A stretch of 60,232 nucleotides of DNA from an uncultured archaeon (GCA_964631415.1 CAZVZC010000007.1:1-60232), one strand, 5' to 3'; counted from the first letter of the stretch, positions 42,993-53,086 are shown. The notes: a model not told the origin generated them from the sequence alone. Made by a program: numbers and translations.

Positions 42993-43685
42993 ATGCCCGA
43001 ACAGCCGGCAGGTGTCGTCCGTCTTCTGAGCGTACCTCTGACCAGGGAGAAGCAGTCCAAACTGCTTTCAGAGCTACAGACATACGCGTCTGCGGTTAAC
43101 CACATCATCAAGACGATAATCGACAGGCAGATCGCCCCCAATACGAGGGCATTGGAGGCTCTGAGGGGGGACTTCGAAACGAAGCTGTTTCGTCTTACGA
43201 CCTTTGAACCCGATGCCACAGGGGAAGTGGTGCCGGAAGACGCACGCAGGAAATTCGCATCGAGGTTCAAGCAAGACCTCGCCGGGAAGTACATTGGCCA
43301 AGGCATCAGAGCACAGGGACAGACCAACAGCACCTTCGCCGAGTGGTACGTGCGACGATATTTCGATGACGTGCTTCGTGGGGCCCTCGGAGAGATCACT
43401 CGACACCGGAAGCTCGCTAGGACTGTTCGGAGCCTCAGGAACAAGGCGCCCCATTTCAAGTCGGGCAGGATGATTCTGTCACCTCCCATAGCAGCACTTG
43501 GAGAGAGTGGTTGCACAATCCTAGGGACAATGGGGGAAGAGATACCGATTCCCTTTGATAAGAGGAGCAGGAGCCAAGAGAGCACACTCCTGCATTCAAT
43601 CGCTGGAGGCGGGCAGCAATACAAGCGGATTCGGATGACTTGGCGAAAGGAGGGGTACGTCGAGGTGGACGTACGACTTGTGTAG
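42993..43685 (+). CDS. Hypothetical protein resembling the TnpB/Cas12f N-terminal (WED+REC) lobe, no RuvC
   Basis: RLLSVPLTREKQSKLLSELQTYASAVNHII; KAPHFKSGRMIL; GEEIPIPF; YKRIRMTWRKEGYVEVDV-stop. Confidence 0.55.
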   Translation: MPEQPAGVVRLLSVPLTREKQSKLLSELQTYASAVNHIIKTIIDRQIAPNTRALEALRGDFETKLFRLTTFEPDATGEVVPEDARRKFASRFKQDLAGKYIGQGIRAQGQTNSTFAEWYVRRYFDDVLRGALGEITRHRKLARTVRSLRNKAPHFKSGRMILSPPIAALGESGCTILGTMGEEIPIPFDKRSRSQESTLLHSIAGGGQQYKRIRMTWRKEGYVEVDVRLV

Positions 43686-43704
43686 CTACGGAATGGACAG
43701 TAGT

Positions 43705-44592
43705 CTACTTAGGGGGATTCCAAGCAATGAGCGCCCCGGAGAAGTCAGTGGAGTAGAAAACGCCGCCACTAGCAGCCCATGCCACAGATGTGACACTGCT
43801 GTCTACTCTCAGGTTGGCGCTCTCTGTACCGTCTGCAATCGACCAGAGCCGCAGAGTGCGGTCTGAACTCCCAGAAAGCAGGTGCTCCCCTGTTGGTCCA
43901 ACCGAGAGAGAGGTCACCGCGTCAGAGTGACCGATCATTTTGCTCTTCTCACGCGGGTGCTCAAGGCTGAGTGACAAGATGCTGCCCCCATGCATGCCTA
44001 AGAAGACACGCGACCCGTCAGGCATCGCCGCCATTGATCTGAAACGTTCCGGGGACTTGGCAAGCCTTCTCAACATCGCGCCGCTGGCAAGGTCCCATAG
44101 CTTGCATTCACCGTCCCATGAAATGGTGATAAGCTGCGAGCCATCTCCAACAAAAACAAGGCCGGACAAGTCAGCTCCATGTGCACGGATGTTCCTCAGA
44201 GTCTTGAGCGTCTTGGTAGAGAAGACCTTCACTTCTCCGTCCCGAGATCCCGCAGACCCCTTCTGAGACTTCTCCCAAGTTGCCAGAGCCTTTACTTGGT
44301 CACTATGTCTAAGTGAGTATCTGCACTTTCCTTCTGTGCAGTCCCATATCCTAGTAGTCTTGTCCCAGCCACCTGATAGCAGGAGTCTTCCGCTTCCGAG
44401 AAAGGTGACTGCCGACACCATGCCTTCATGACCCTTGAGAGTCCGCTTGAGTCTGCCAGTCTTGCTGTCGATGAGAACGATACTTCCATCGAGTGAACCA
44501 CATGCAAGTCTGCGACCATCCGGATTGACCGATACGGTAGTCAGTGGAGAGAACGGAGTACCAGAAGATCTGAAGAGAGTGCGCTTCTCCAA
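43705..44592 (-). CDS. WD40-repeat beta-propeller protein
   Basis: GH..V.....SGGWDKTTRIWD; GHSDAVTSL...SGSSDRTLRLWS; about 7 repeats. Confidence 0.92.
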   Translation of the reverse strand: MEKRTLFRSSGTPFSPLTTVSVNPDGRRLACGSLDGSIVLIDSKTGRLKRTLKGHEGMVSAVTFLGSGRLLLSGGWDKTTRIWDCTEGKCRYSLRHSDQVKALATWEKSQKGSAGSRDGEVKVFSTKTLKTLRNIRAHGADLSGLVFVGDGSQLITISWDGECKLWDLASGAMLRRLAKSPERFRSMAAMPDGSRVFLGMHGGSILSLSLEHPREKSKMIGHSDAVTSLSVGPTGEHLLSGSSDRTLRLWSIADGTESANLRVDSSVTSVAWAASGGVFYSTDFSGALIAWNPPK

Positions 44593-44648
44593 AGAGACTC
44601 ACCGATTAACAATGCACAGGCGTTCGTCGGAGCATTAGGATAAAAACT

Positions 44649-45665
44649 CTAACGTGACAACCTGCGCCTTGCCAGAAGGAGCATAGCGACGGCTAGGACA
44701 GACAGACCGAGTGTAATTGCCACATACAGACCGACGGGGTTGTCAAGGGGGAAGCTAGTGTCACCCCCTCCATAATATACGACGAAGGATTCTACCACAC
44801 GGCCGACTCTTTCAAGGCTCGTGACATTGCACTTGTCAGGTGTGTCTTGAAGGGTGTGCCAAGTCCAAGGAAATGGGTTGTGTTCGATTATGTCCAAGGA
44901 AGGGATTCCCAAGTTGAGGAACGGTGTGTGGTCATCGATTACTCCTCTTCCTGTCACGTCCAGAAACGTGCTTCCAAACCCCATCTGCTCTGCTATTGAC
45001 CACACAGAGTCCTGCAGAGACCTTGTGGAAGTGGTTTCACGAGGCAACTGCAGTCCAGTGCCTCCCACCATGTCTAGCAGAATCATCGCCCTAATCGACT
45101 CCCTTCTCTCCGTGCTGAGCTGCTCCGCATAGTGACTGGACCCCACTATCCACTCCCAGCCGTTGATGTTTCCCGAGTCTTCTGCGTCAAAGAACACCAT
45201 CTCGACGTTACCCCTAGCGGTTTCTGGGACTGAGTGCGAGAGTTCAACGAGTACAGCCGCGCCACTGGCGCCATCATTGGCTCCGAGTATCGGACGTGAC
45301 CTGTTGGCAGAATCCGGGTCTTGATCTGCCCTAGGACGTGTGTCATAGTGCGCGCCGAGCAGTATCGACGCGTTGTCCGCAGAACCCCATCGTACGATTA
45401 TGTTCACACACTCAACACCAAGATACGTGAAGTTCTGCAGAGTCACATTCCATCCATACGACTCCACGTTCTGGACTATGTACTCTCTGCAAAGGCTCAG
45501 GTTTGCAGATCCTGGAGGACGAGGACCGAAGTCGCATTGCGCAGTCAGATATACCATGGCTTGGTCCCCATCAAAGACAGGCGAGTAGTCACTAACAGTG
45601 ATACGCGGTGAAACAGGGGATATCAAGAACAGAAGCATGATCCAACACATGGCATGCGACATCAT
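44649..45665 (-). CDS. M28 peptidase, glutaminyl cyclase-like, secreted with C-terminal anchor
   Basis: GAHYDTRP, GANDGASG, FFDAED, LLDMVG, DDHTPF, WHTLQD; start uncertain. Confidence 0.88.
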   Translation of the reverse strand: MMSHAMCWIMLLFLISPVSPRITVSDYSPVFDGDQAMVYLTAQCDFGPRPPGSANLSLCREYIVQNVESYGWNVTLQNFTYLGVECVNIIVRWGSADNASILLGAHYDTRPRADQDPDSANRSRPILGANDGASGAAVLVELSHSVPETARGNVEMVFFDAEDSGNINGWEWIVGSSHYAEQLSTERRESIRAMILLDMVGGTGLQLPRETTSTRSLQDSVWSIAEQMGFGSTFLDVTGRGVIDDHTPFLNLGIPSLDIIEHNPFPWTWHTLQDTPDKCNVTSLERVGRVVESFVVYYGGGDTSFPLDNPVGLYVAITLGLSVLAVAMLLLARRRLSR

Positions 45666-45691
45666 AAGGGCAATCAGTCCTCTCAGAACAT

Positions 45692-46915
45692 CTACTTGGA
45701 GGATGACAGCCGCGTTTGAACATACCGACGAAAGAATGCAGGGAGTCCTCCTGGCATCTTTCTGAAGATGGCAACAGGAATGCCAGAGTAGCCTATCTCG
45801 CCTCTGGCAAGCATCACCATGATATCCGAGGCTAGCTTGTAACCACTGGCGCGGGGCAAGAGAAACTCGGCGAGTGAGGCGCCTCTCATGCCGGCCCATT
45901 CAGCCATTCCGAAACTGGCTCTGAACTCCTTGATGCAGAGATGGTCATACATCGACAGGAACGACATGTCATATCTCTCTTGATCGGTTGCCTGTACTAT
46001 GACTTGTGTCGCGAGGACTCCCGACTTCATGGCATACGCTATTCCCTCGCCCATCACTGGATCCACAAAACCTGCGGCGTCGCCAACCAGAATAGCTCGG
46101 TCTGTCACATTCCTGTTGACAATGCCGTCAGCCCCTAGGAAGCAAGACCGCCTCTTCACAATTGACAGCGGCACTTCGAGTCGCTGCTCGGTCGCCCTGA
46201 CGAAGCTGTCGAACGTGGGTCGGAGATGAGACATATGCGCTGCAGGACCAGCTATGCCAATCCCTAGATGTGCTCTCTTAGGGAAAACCCATCCATAGCT
46301 TGCTCGTCCCTGAGATGGGACTATCTCAAGTACTGATGGGTTGCCCCGAGTTGCCTTCAACACCCCCTCTTCACCCACATGAAAGTCGGCCTCCATACCA
46401 AGACCCACCCTTGTCAGGTCTTTGTGCTCAGGTCTGAGGCCCAGCGTCTTGGCGACAATCGAACTCGCACCGTCAGCACCGACGATAATCCGAGAACTGA
46501 ACTCGCGGCCATCGCTCAGCCTCACTTGAGCGGACCCATCGTTCACTTGTGCTCGTGTGACTCTTGCCTCTTCTAACAGCTCTGCTCCTGCATCCGCAGC
46601 CCTACGGGCAAGGTACTCGTCAAAGGTGGATCGGTCTGTAGTTATCCCGATCAGCTTGTCTGAAACGAACTCGGCTCTCCTACCGCTCGGAAGAACAAAT
46701 CTCATTCCGTGAATCTTCTGCTCTACAAGTCGCCCAGACAGTCTGTTTCCAAGAATGCGAAGCCCTCTATACATCACTGCTCCGCCACAGGGCTTCTCTC
46801 GTGGGAATCTGGCCTTCTCCAGCAGGAGTGTCCTGAGTCCTGCTCTTGCACAGTCGTGTGCTACAACTGAACCAGCGGGTCCTGCGCCTACGACTATGAC
46901 ATCACATGACCCCAT
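45692..46915 (-). CDS. Geranylgeranyl reductase family flavoprotein
   Basis: VGAGPAG, PREKPCGG, YGWVFPK, VGDAAGFVDPVMGEGI. Confidence 0.9.
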   Translation of the reverse strand: MGSCDVIVVGAGPAGSVVAHDCARAGLRTLLLEKARFPREKPCGGAVMYRGLRILGNRLSGRLVEQKIHGMRFVLPSGRRAEFVSDKLIGITTDRSTFDEYLARRAADAGAELLEEARVTRAQVNDGSAQVRLSDGREFSSRIIVGADGASSIVAKTLGLRPEHKDLTRVGLGMEADFHVGEEGVLKATRGNPSVLEIVPSQGRASYGWVFPKRAHLGIGIAGPAAHMSHLRPTFDSFVRATEQRLEVPLSIVKRRSCFLGADGIVNRNVTDRAILVGDAAGFVDPVMGEGIAYAMKSGVLATQVIVQATDQERYDMSFLSMYDHLCIKEFRASFGMAEWAGMRGASLAEFLLPRASGYKLASDIMVMLARGEIGYSGIPVAIFRKMPGGLPAFFRRYVQTRLSSSK

Positions 46916-46997
46916 CAGTCAGCACTCCCATGCCAGTATCTTGTCAGACCGAGTTGATTGGTCAGCGGCTCCTCTAGTAGCTTGGCCTTGCAAGCCT

Positions 46998-47843
46998 CTA
47001 TTTAGACCTAGCGACCTCGCTGATGAACTCGAAGGTCGCTTGGTCGCCCCAGTCCTCGCTCACACCGAGCTTCGCACGTATCAAGTCCTCGTAGTCCGCG
47101 TTCACTTCGTATCCGATAGAACTGCGACCGAGTCTTCGTGCCGCACTGAGCGTTGTTCCAGTGCCCGCGAACGGGTCGAGGACTGTATCACCTACAAAGG
47201 AGTAGAGCTTGATGCACCTCTTTGGTAGTTCCTCAGGAAAAGGGGCAGGATGACCCTCTCTTGAAGCAGAGGCCGGCTGAAAGTCCCAGATTGAGTTCTG
47301 CACCCAATCGGTGAACTCTGTGTGGGTTATCCTGGAGGCCTCCTTCAATGATGGGTCCACAGGGTCTCTTCTGCCTGACTTCGAGAAGACGATTATCCAC
47401 TCATATGGATAGCTAGAGAGCAAGTTTGGAGGATAGGGATACGAGCCCCATGAACTGAATCGCGCCGCTTTTCGTTTGTCCCATATGTGAAGCGACATGA
47501 GATACATGTTGCCAAGTGAGTCCATATAGCCCTCAAGCTCGTTCAGCACTGTCTTGGTCACCCGACGGTTGAACGCGGAAGTGTCTCCGGGCAAGAGTAT
47601 CGGCATGACGTTTATAATCAGCTTTCCGTCTGGCATCAGCTTCCGTACGCACTCGTCGAACACAGCACAGACCGAGCCCATGTATTCCTCGAAGGTGGTC
47701 GGCCCGTAGCCAATTTCAACGCCTTCGCCGTAGTCTTTCAAATGCCAGTAAGGGGGCGATGTCACAACAAGATGGACAGAACCGTCGCGGATAGTGTCCA
47801 TATGCCGGCTGTCGCCAAAGATCACTCGGTGGTGCGTCTTCAT
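46998..47843 (-). CDS. DNA amino-methyltransferase, beta class (SPPY, likely m4C)
   Basis: VTSPPY N-terminal; HPAPFP, VLDPFAGTG C-terminal. Confidence 0.9.
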   Translation of the reverse strand: MKTHHRVIFGDSRHMDTIRDGSVHLVVTSPPYWHLKDYGEGVEIGYGPTTFEEYMGSVCAVFDECVRKLMPDGKLIINVMPILLPGDTSAFNRRVTKTVLNELEGYMDSLGNMYLMSLHIWDKRKAARFSSWGSYPYPPNLLSSYPYEWIIVFSKSGRRDPVDPSLKEASRITHTEFTDWVQNSIWDFQPASASREGHPAPFPEELPKRCIKLYSFVGDTVLDPFAGTGTTLSAARRLGRSSIGYEVNADYEDLIRAKLGVSEDWGDQATFEFISEVARSK

Positions 47844-48958
47844 CTACTGAGCCCACCTTCACGCAGGTCCCAGACAAGCACCTCTTCCTTCCTGTCGGTC
47901 ATGTTGATTCTATCCCATAGGCCACTCGGTGTTTCTGTGTACGACCTTTCAATGACGTATGGTTTGCCCCAAGGAGCGATCTCTGCAAAGAACTCAGCGC
48001 CCCTTATCAATCTCCGGTGGACCATGCGATCTCCAACCACAAGTATCACAAGCCCGTCTTCCCGCACGACTCTCTGAATAGACCGGAGCGCTTGTGTCAT
48101 GTCAGACCTGTATGTTGAGAAGCTCTGGATGAGACCCTTCCGTATCTCGGCGCGGTCCACCTTGAGGATGTCGAGGACCAGACGACTGTAGTAGCCTGTG
48201 TAGTCGAGTGCGTCGAAGTAAGGCGGACTCGTATACACAACATTGACAGATTGCTCCGGGAGGACTTCATGGACGTGCCGTGTGTCATGACAGAGGATTC
48301 TGACAGAAGGAGTCCCTTTCACAAAGAGCGCATGCTTCCGGGCCTTTCGTATCATCACGTCGTAGAAGTCTATTGGACGAAGCCTGGGACTGACTCTGCC
48401 TATCGATGTCGAGGTCCACGTCCAACCATTGCATGCCCGTGCCGTCACACAGATTGACCCATAGAGTATCGCACGCTCGAAGGCGGAGAAGCCGTCCGTA
48501 ACTGCAACCATCCTCATTATTTGATGTCTGGTCATGGGATGAAAGTACTCTGCGACAGATGATGACATCCTTGGGGATTTCTCAAGAAACCGAGCATCGC
48601 TTATCGCCAAGACTAGATGATCGAGCATCTTCTTCACATCGAGCGGCTCAGTCTTGCCTTGGGCGATAGTGCATGCCAGCGGGTTGTTGTCTACGCCGAT
48701 AGCCGACATCCCATGGACCTGTGCCTCGTAGAGTATAGTCCCGGTTCCACAGAACGGGTCAAGGAGTGTCCAGTTCCGTGGGAGCTGTGATATTACCTGA
48801 GCTGCATCGATACCTGACATCTTGCCCCGATAGGGGTAGATTCCATGGATTGAGCGGGGATTGTTGACCTTGGAGAGTTCCTGCAGTGATATGCGCTGCC
48901 GAAACCTGGAATTCAACCCCTCGGTCGACGAACTCTCGGACGCGGACTCACCTCCCAC
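47840..48958 (-). CDS. DNA amino-methyltransferase, alpha class (SPPY, likely m4C)
   Basis: HGIYPYRGK, LDPFCGTGT precedes YTSPPY. Confidence 0.88.
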   Translation of the reverse strand: MGGESASESSSTEGLNSRFRQRISLQELSKVNNPRSIHGIYPYRGKMSGIDAAQVISQLPRNWTLLDPFCGTGTILYEAQVHGMSAIGVDNNPLACTIAQGKTEPLDVKKMLDHLVLAISDARFLEKSPRMSSSVAEYFHPMTRHQIMRMVAVTDGFSAFERAILYGSICVTARACNGWTWTSTSIGRVSPRLRPIDFYDVMIRKARKHALFVKGTPSVRILCHDTRHVHEVLPEQSVNVVYTSPPYFDALDYTGYYSRLVLDILKVDRAEIRKGLIQSFSTYRSDMTQALRSIQRVVREDGLVILVVGDRMVHRRLIRGAEFFAEIAPWGKPYVIERSYTETPSGLWDRINMTDRKEEVLVWDLREGGLSR

Positions 48959-48964
48959 GACATT

Positions 48965-49597
48965 TTATATGTCCCTGCAAGACTCACACCCCGGCCTCGG
49001 TCTGAGACCCAGCCGTCTCATGATCTTTCCACCTGGCAATTGGGTTTCAGTACTTGTCCCCTCCGGCGTTTCAACCGGAAAGGATCTCCGGCCCACCTCT
49101 CTGAACCCGTAGGTACTGATTAGCATCTTAGAGGGGGTATTGTCTTCGTATACTTCGCAGTAAATCTCGTCGACCCCTGCACCAATGAAGTAGTCAGCCG
49201 CTGCACGAATCAGCGACGTGGCAACCCCCTTCCTGCGGCGGTGCGGGAGCACGCCAATGCCTGTGATCTCGCCGTACGGGCGGTCGCCCCTGTTCTCCAC
49301 AAAACATGCTATGAACCCTGATGGCATGCCCCAGAGTTCAGCGACAAAGATGCCCTCTGTGTCGAGTTTCATGGCCTCATCAATGGTCAGAGGACAAAAA
49401 GGGTCAGGCGACGCTATGAAACACCTGTTGTATAGGCTGACGAAGGCCTGGATTTGGTCTTTCTCTAGACGGTGGACCTTGACGTGCTCCGGGGCCTGTT
49501 TCTTCAGCGATCGTTCTGTCACCAGCTCGAGGGCCTCCTTGGCGTCAGCCTTCATGATGACGTAGGACTTCTCCTTCACAACTGACTTCGAGACCAT
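48965..49597 (-). CDS. GNAT-family acetyltransferase
   Basis: IGVLPHRRRKGVA, NTPS...YGF. Confidence 0.85.
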   Translation of the reverse strand: MVSKSVVKEKSYVIMKADAKEALELVTERSLKKQAPEHVKVHRLEKDQIQAFVSLYNRCFIASPDPFCPLTIDEAMKLDTEGIFVAELWGMPSGFIACFVENRGDRPYGEITGIGVLPHRRRKGVATSLIRAAADYFIGAGVDEIYCEVYEDNTPSKMLISTYGFREVGRRSFPVETPEGTSTETQLPGGKIMRRLGLRPRPGCESCRDI

Positions 49598-49681
49598 GTC
49601 ACAGACACCCTCGTACCTCACTATCGTGACTGCCGGACAACAGTCGAGCCGTCAGAAACTGTCACGAACCCCGACTGCCCT

Positions 49682-50443
49682 TCAGGCGACGAGACGATCG
49701 ATGGCCAAGGCCGTCGCCTCGACTTCCTTCTCAATAGCCTCCACCAACAGTGGGTTCTGTTCCCCTGTCTTCTCTCGGTCGTCCTTCTGCTCCTCTTTGG
49801 GGTCCGTATGGAGATTGCCGTCCACAGCAAGGATTGATGCAGCATGAAGACCACGGGTCTGGGCGAATACAAACAGCAATGAACTTTCCATCTCGATACA
49901 CTTCACTCGACACCGGGTCCACAGAGCGAGCTGATTGTTCTCTGGAGCGGAGTAGTAGACATCACTTGTCCAGCACACTCCAGCGTGAACCCGGTCGGGC
50001 GGCAGAAGCGCGGAGATGCTTTCTACCAGCGCTCTCTGCAGCGTCGGAGATGGCACAGCCGGGTATTCCATTGGTGCATAGTTTAGACTTGTGCGTTCAT
50101 CTCTGATGCAGCCTGTGGGAACTACCACATCGCCAGTCTTTACAGACAGTTCAATTCCCCCACACGTACCGACCCTGATGATGCGCTCCGCACCGAGCTT
50201 TGCCAGCTCCTCTATGCATATGTGAGTGGACGGCGTTCCCATTCCAGTTCCAGATATCGTAACAGGGACACCACCCGGTGTGTACGCCCGGTAGGTCAAC
50301 AGACCCCGATACCGTGACACTTCCTGCGGATCCCTCATCCCATTGGCGATCAAAGGTACTCGATCAGGATTGCCCGTGATGATTACGACCTTCTCCACGT
50401 CGCCCTCGCCGACCCGCAGATGGGGTTGTACTCTTCGCTTCAT
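49682..50443 (-). CDS. udp: Uridine/nucleoside phosphorylase (PNP/UDP family)
   Basis: GNPDRV, TGMGTPS, EEL, IRVGTCG, IEMES. Confidence 0.88.
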   Translation of the reverse strand: MKRRVQPHLRVGEGDVEKVVIITGNPDRVPLIANGMRDPQEVSRYRGLLTYRAYTPGGVPVTISGTGMGTPSTHICIEELAKLGAERIIRVGTCGGIELSVKTGDVVVPTGCIRDERTSLNYAPMEYPAVPSPTLQRALVESISALLPPDRVHAGVCWTSDVYYSAPENNQLALWTRCRVKCIEMESSLLFVFAQTRGLHAASILAVDGNLHTDPKEEQKDDREKTGEQNPLLVEAIEKEVEATALAIDRLVA

Positions 50444-50602
50444 CCGGACCTCACACTCATGGAGCCTATCAGACTGCTAACTGTTGTTGGGCCTCCTAGG
50501 AGTGGAGGCGCTCAAGATGAAACTAACGGTACCATATCAATTGCACGGCCCATGATGGAACCTTCGTGTGAAGGCCCTTGCGTTGATGATACTCGTCACC
50601 AA

Positions 50603-51292
50603 CTAGGATTCCTGCAGAGCGCGATACTTCGAGTAGTCGCAAAGCTTGTCAAGAGGGCACCGATTGCACCTCGGCGTTCTTCTCAGACAGATGGTTGCCA
50701 CCAGGTCAATAATACCCCAGTAGAGATGTTTCGGCTGGCGCCTACCCCCCAGCACACGTGCTAGTTCCCATGCGCGGGGGTCCGCAGGGCCCTCAAGGTC
50801 GCCTGAGAAGACTCTATTCAGAAGATGAGTAACGTTGCCATCTACCATTGGAACTGAATGGCTAAACGCAAAGTTGAGAACGGCTGACGCGGCGTACTTG
50901 CCGACGCCCGGGAGACCTTCAAGACGCTCATTGTTATCGGGCACTCGTCCATCATACTCGCTCAGAATCAAGATTGCGGTTTCATGCATCTGGCGGGCTC
51001 TGATTGACTGAAGACCCAAAGAAACGAGGCTGCCGGCAATCACCCTCTCAGTAGCAGCCGCCAGCTTCTGCGGCGTGCCAAAACGACTCAGAAAAGAATC
51101 GTAGACTCTGAGAACTGCAGAGGCAGTGGTTCGCCTCAGGAGCATCTCAGCAATCAGGACGAAGAATGGATCTGACGTTTCTCGCCAAGGGAAGTTTCGG
51201 CCCTCTTTCTTGTACCAGCGGACAACAGCATTCCGTGTCTTTGCCATCCGATCTGAATCCAACCGTTTGGCGTACTCCATCGTTCCTATCAC
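50603..51292 (-). CDS. HhH-GPD 4Fe-4S glycosylase, MIG-type (T:G mismatch)
   Basis: RNFPWR, EMLLRRTTA, LPGVGKY, MVDGN, C-x6-C-x2-C-x5-C. Confidence 0.8.
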   Translation of the reverse strand: MIGTMEYAKRLDSDRMAKTRNAVVRWYKKEGRNFPWRETSDPFFVLIAEMLLRRTTASAVLRVYDSFLSRFGTPQKLAAATERVIAGSLVSLGLQSIRARQMHETAILILSEYDGRVPDNNERLEGLPGVGKYAASAVLNFAFSHSVPMVDGNVTHLLNRVFSGDLEGPADPRAWELARVLGGRRQPKHLYWGIIDLVATICLRRTPRCNRCPLDKLCDYSKYRALQES

Positions 51293-51852
51293 GCAGCCCT
51301 GAACATCTCGTTGATTCGATATTCCATGTCTGCTACCGAGTCTAGGACTGTCACACCTTCCATGCGGCGAAGACGCTCCACATTCTCAATGTCGACGGCT
51401 CGTGTCCTGATCTTAATACGCATGCCCCCCGGTGTCACGGTTTCAACCTCACCCGGTTTTTGGTCGACTGGATATAGCAGTACGGGAGTAGTCCCTTTCA
51501 GGGCTTGAGCGACAGCGTTCGTGATCAGTGTGTCCTCGATTCCGTGGGCGATTTTGGCAGCAGAGTTGGCAGTGAGAGGAGCCACAACGAAGACATCATA
51601 CTTCCCCACCTGAAGAGAACCAGCAATGAATGGCACGTTGGCATCCACCTCTGACTTCACCTTATCAAATACCGTGTTTAGTCTGTCCCAGAGGCGATAC
51701 CAGTGGAGGACTTGTCTGCCTGCCTTTGAAACAAAGACATCGATTCTAGCTCCGAGATCAGTCTTGAGTCGGACCATCGCATCCAAGACGTCCTCAATCT
51801 TGTCGCCAGAACCTGTAATGCCCCATGCGATGCGCGCCAATTCTATCGGCAA
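51289..51852 (-). CDS. afpA: Archaeoflavoprotein (AfpA-like, HFCD fold)
   Basis: IAWGITGSG, TANSAAKIAHGIEDTLITNAV. Confidence 0.8.
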   Translation of the reverse strand: MPIELARIAWGITGSGDKIEDVLDAMVRLKTDLGARIDVFVSKAGRQVLHWYRLWDRLNTVFDKVKSEVDANVPFIAGSLQVGKYDVFVVAPLTANSAAKIAHGIEDTLITNAVAQALKGTTPVLLYPVDQKPGEVETVTPGGMRIKIRTRAVDIENVERLRRMEGVTVLDSVADMEYRINEMFRAA

Positions 51853-52013
51853 AGCATGCGCTTCACGCCCACAAATACCTAGCTGTGCCTAGTCGCTTGA
51901 ACTAATGACTTGCCCACGCTAAACATCAGATAGCGAGAGCCTGATGGCAGAGTTCATTATCAAGTGATTGAGGATTCAGTCAAAGGCCATTTCCGCCCAT
52001 AGGTGACTGAAAC

Positions 52014-53006
52014 ATGTACAGAGTCAGTGCGGGCATAACTACCAACATGAGTCTGACAGCCTCGGAGTGGATCGCATCCAGCGCGAAGCAGCTAGGCCTC
52101 GATGGTATCTGGGTGGGTGAGGACATAGGGAGAGGGCATGATGTGTTCGTCCTGACGACAGCTGTATTGCAACGTGCAAGGGGAGTGAGAGTGGGCACGG
52201 GGATTGTGCCGATAACTGTTCATGACATCGCTACGCTTGCGAGAGCTGTAAGGAGTCTGAGAGAGCTCGCAGGCCAAGGCTTTGTCTTTGGTACAGGAAT
52301 CGGAGGAACCCAAGACTTGCTGACACTCGGAATCAAGCTGAACAAACCTGTCACGGTCCTCGGAGAGGCCGTGAGAGTACTAAAACGGCTCTGGGCCGGA
52401 GAAACAGTGAGTGCAGAGTGTGAGTTGTTCAGGCTGCGAGATTATAGTCTTGGTTTCAAGCAGCCAGTTTCCGTCCCTGTCTTCTTGGGAGTTCGCGGCC
52501 CCCAGATGCTGAAAATGGCTGCACAAATGGCGGATGGTGTCATCCTCTCAGGACCCTCCGAATACATCCACAAGGCCATTCGACTGGTAGATGATGAGGC
52601 ACAGGCAACGGGCAGAAACAAGGACTCAATCGAGAAAGTGGTTTGGCAACCGACTATTCCAACATTCAAAGGCGGAGATGAGATGCTTGCGAAGAGAGTT
52701 GTGGCACTTGTCGTGGCTGACATGCCAGACCAAGTGATTCGCATGACAAGTGTTGACGTTGGCCGAGTGGAAACCATTCGGTCTGCAGTGGAAAAAGGCG
52801 GACCGTCTGCAGGTGCGCTTTACGTTACACCGGACATCATAGACTCGTTCTCAGTCACAGGCAGCAGAGAACGCATGATTGAGCAGTTTGAAGCGTTTGC
52901 AGGAATGGGGGCGACCGAGGTCGTAGTCGGTCCGCCCTTCTCAGGGGACTGGAGAGGAGCCATGAGTGAGATTCTGCAAGAGATACGCACGAACAGCAAG
53001 CACTAG
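52014..53006 (+). CDS. LLM-class F420-dependent oxidoreductase (Mer-like)
   Basis: DGIWVGED, VGTGIV, GPQMLKMAAQMADGV. Confidence 0.85.
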   Translation: MYRVSAGITTNMSLTASEWIASSAKQLGLDGIWVGEDIGRGHDVFVLTTAVLQRARGVRVGTGIVPITVHDIATLARAVRSLRELAGQGFVFGTGIGGTQDLLTLGIKLNKPVTVLGEAVRVLKRLWAGETVSAECELFRLRDYSLGFKQPVSVPVFLGVRGPQMLKMAAQMADGVILSGPSEYIHKAIRLVDDEAQATGRNKDSIEKVVWQPTIPTFKGGDEMLAKRVVALVVADMPDQVIRMTSVDVGRVETIRSAVEKGGPSAGALYVTPDIIDSFSVTGSRERMIEQFEAFAGMGATEVVVGPPFSGDWRGAMSEILQEIRTNSKH

Positions 53007-53086
53007 TGTCCAGATGTGTCCTCAGCGGCCGGGACACCATGACATCTAGGTTCAATTGTAAGGACAAATCGAGAGGACCGGACGGT

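Noticed and set aside
42993-43705. Active IS200/IS605 element
   Set aside because: No TnpA, no RuvC, no terminal hairpins and no room for an omega-RNA downstream
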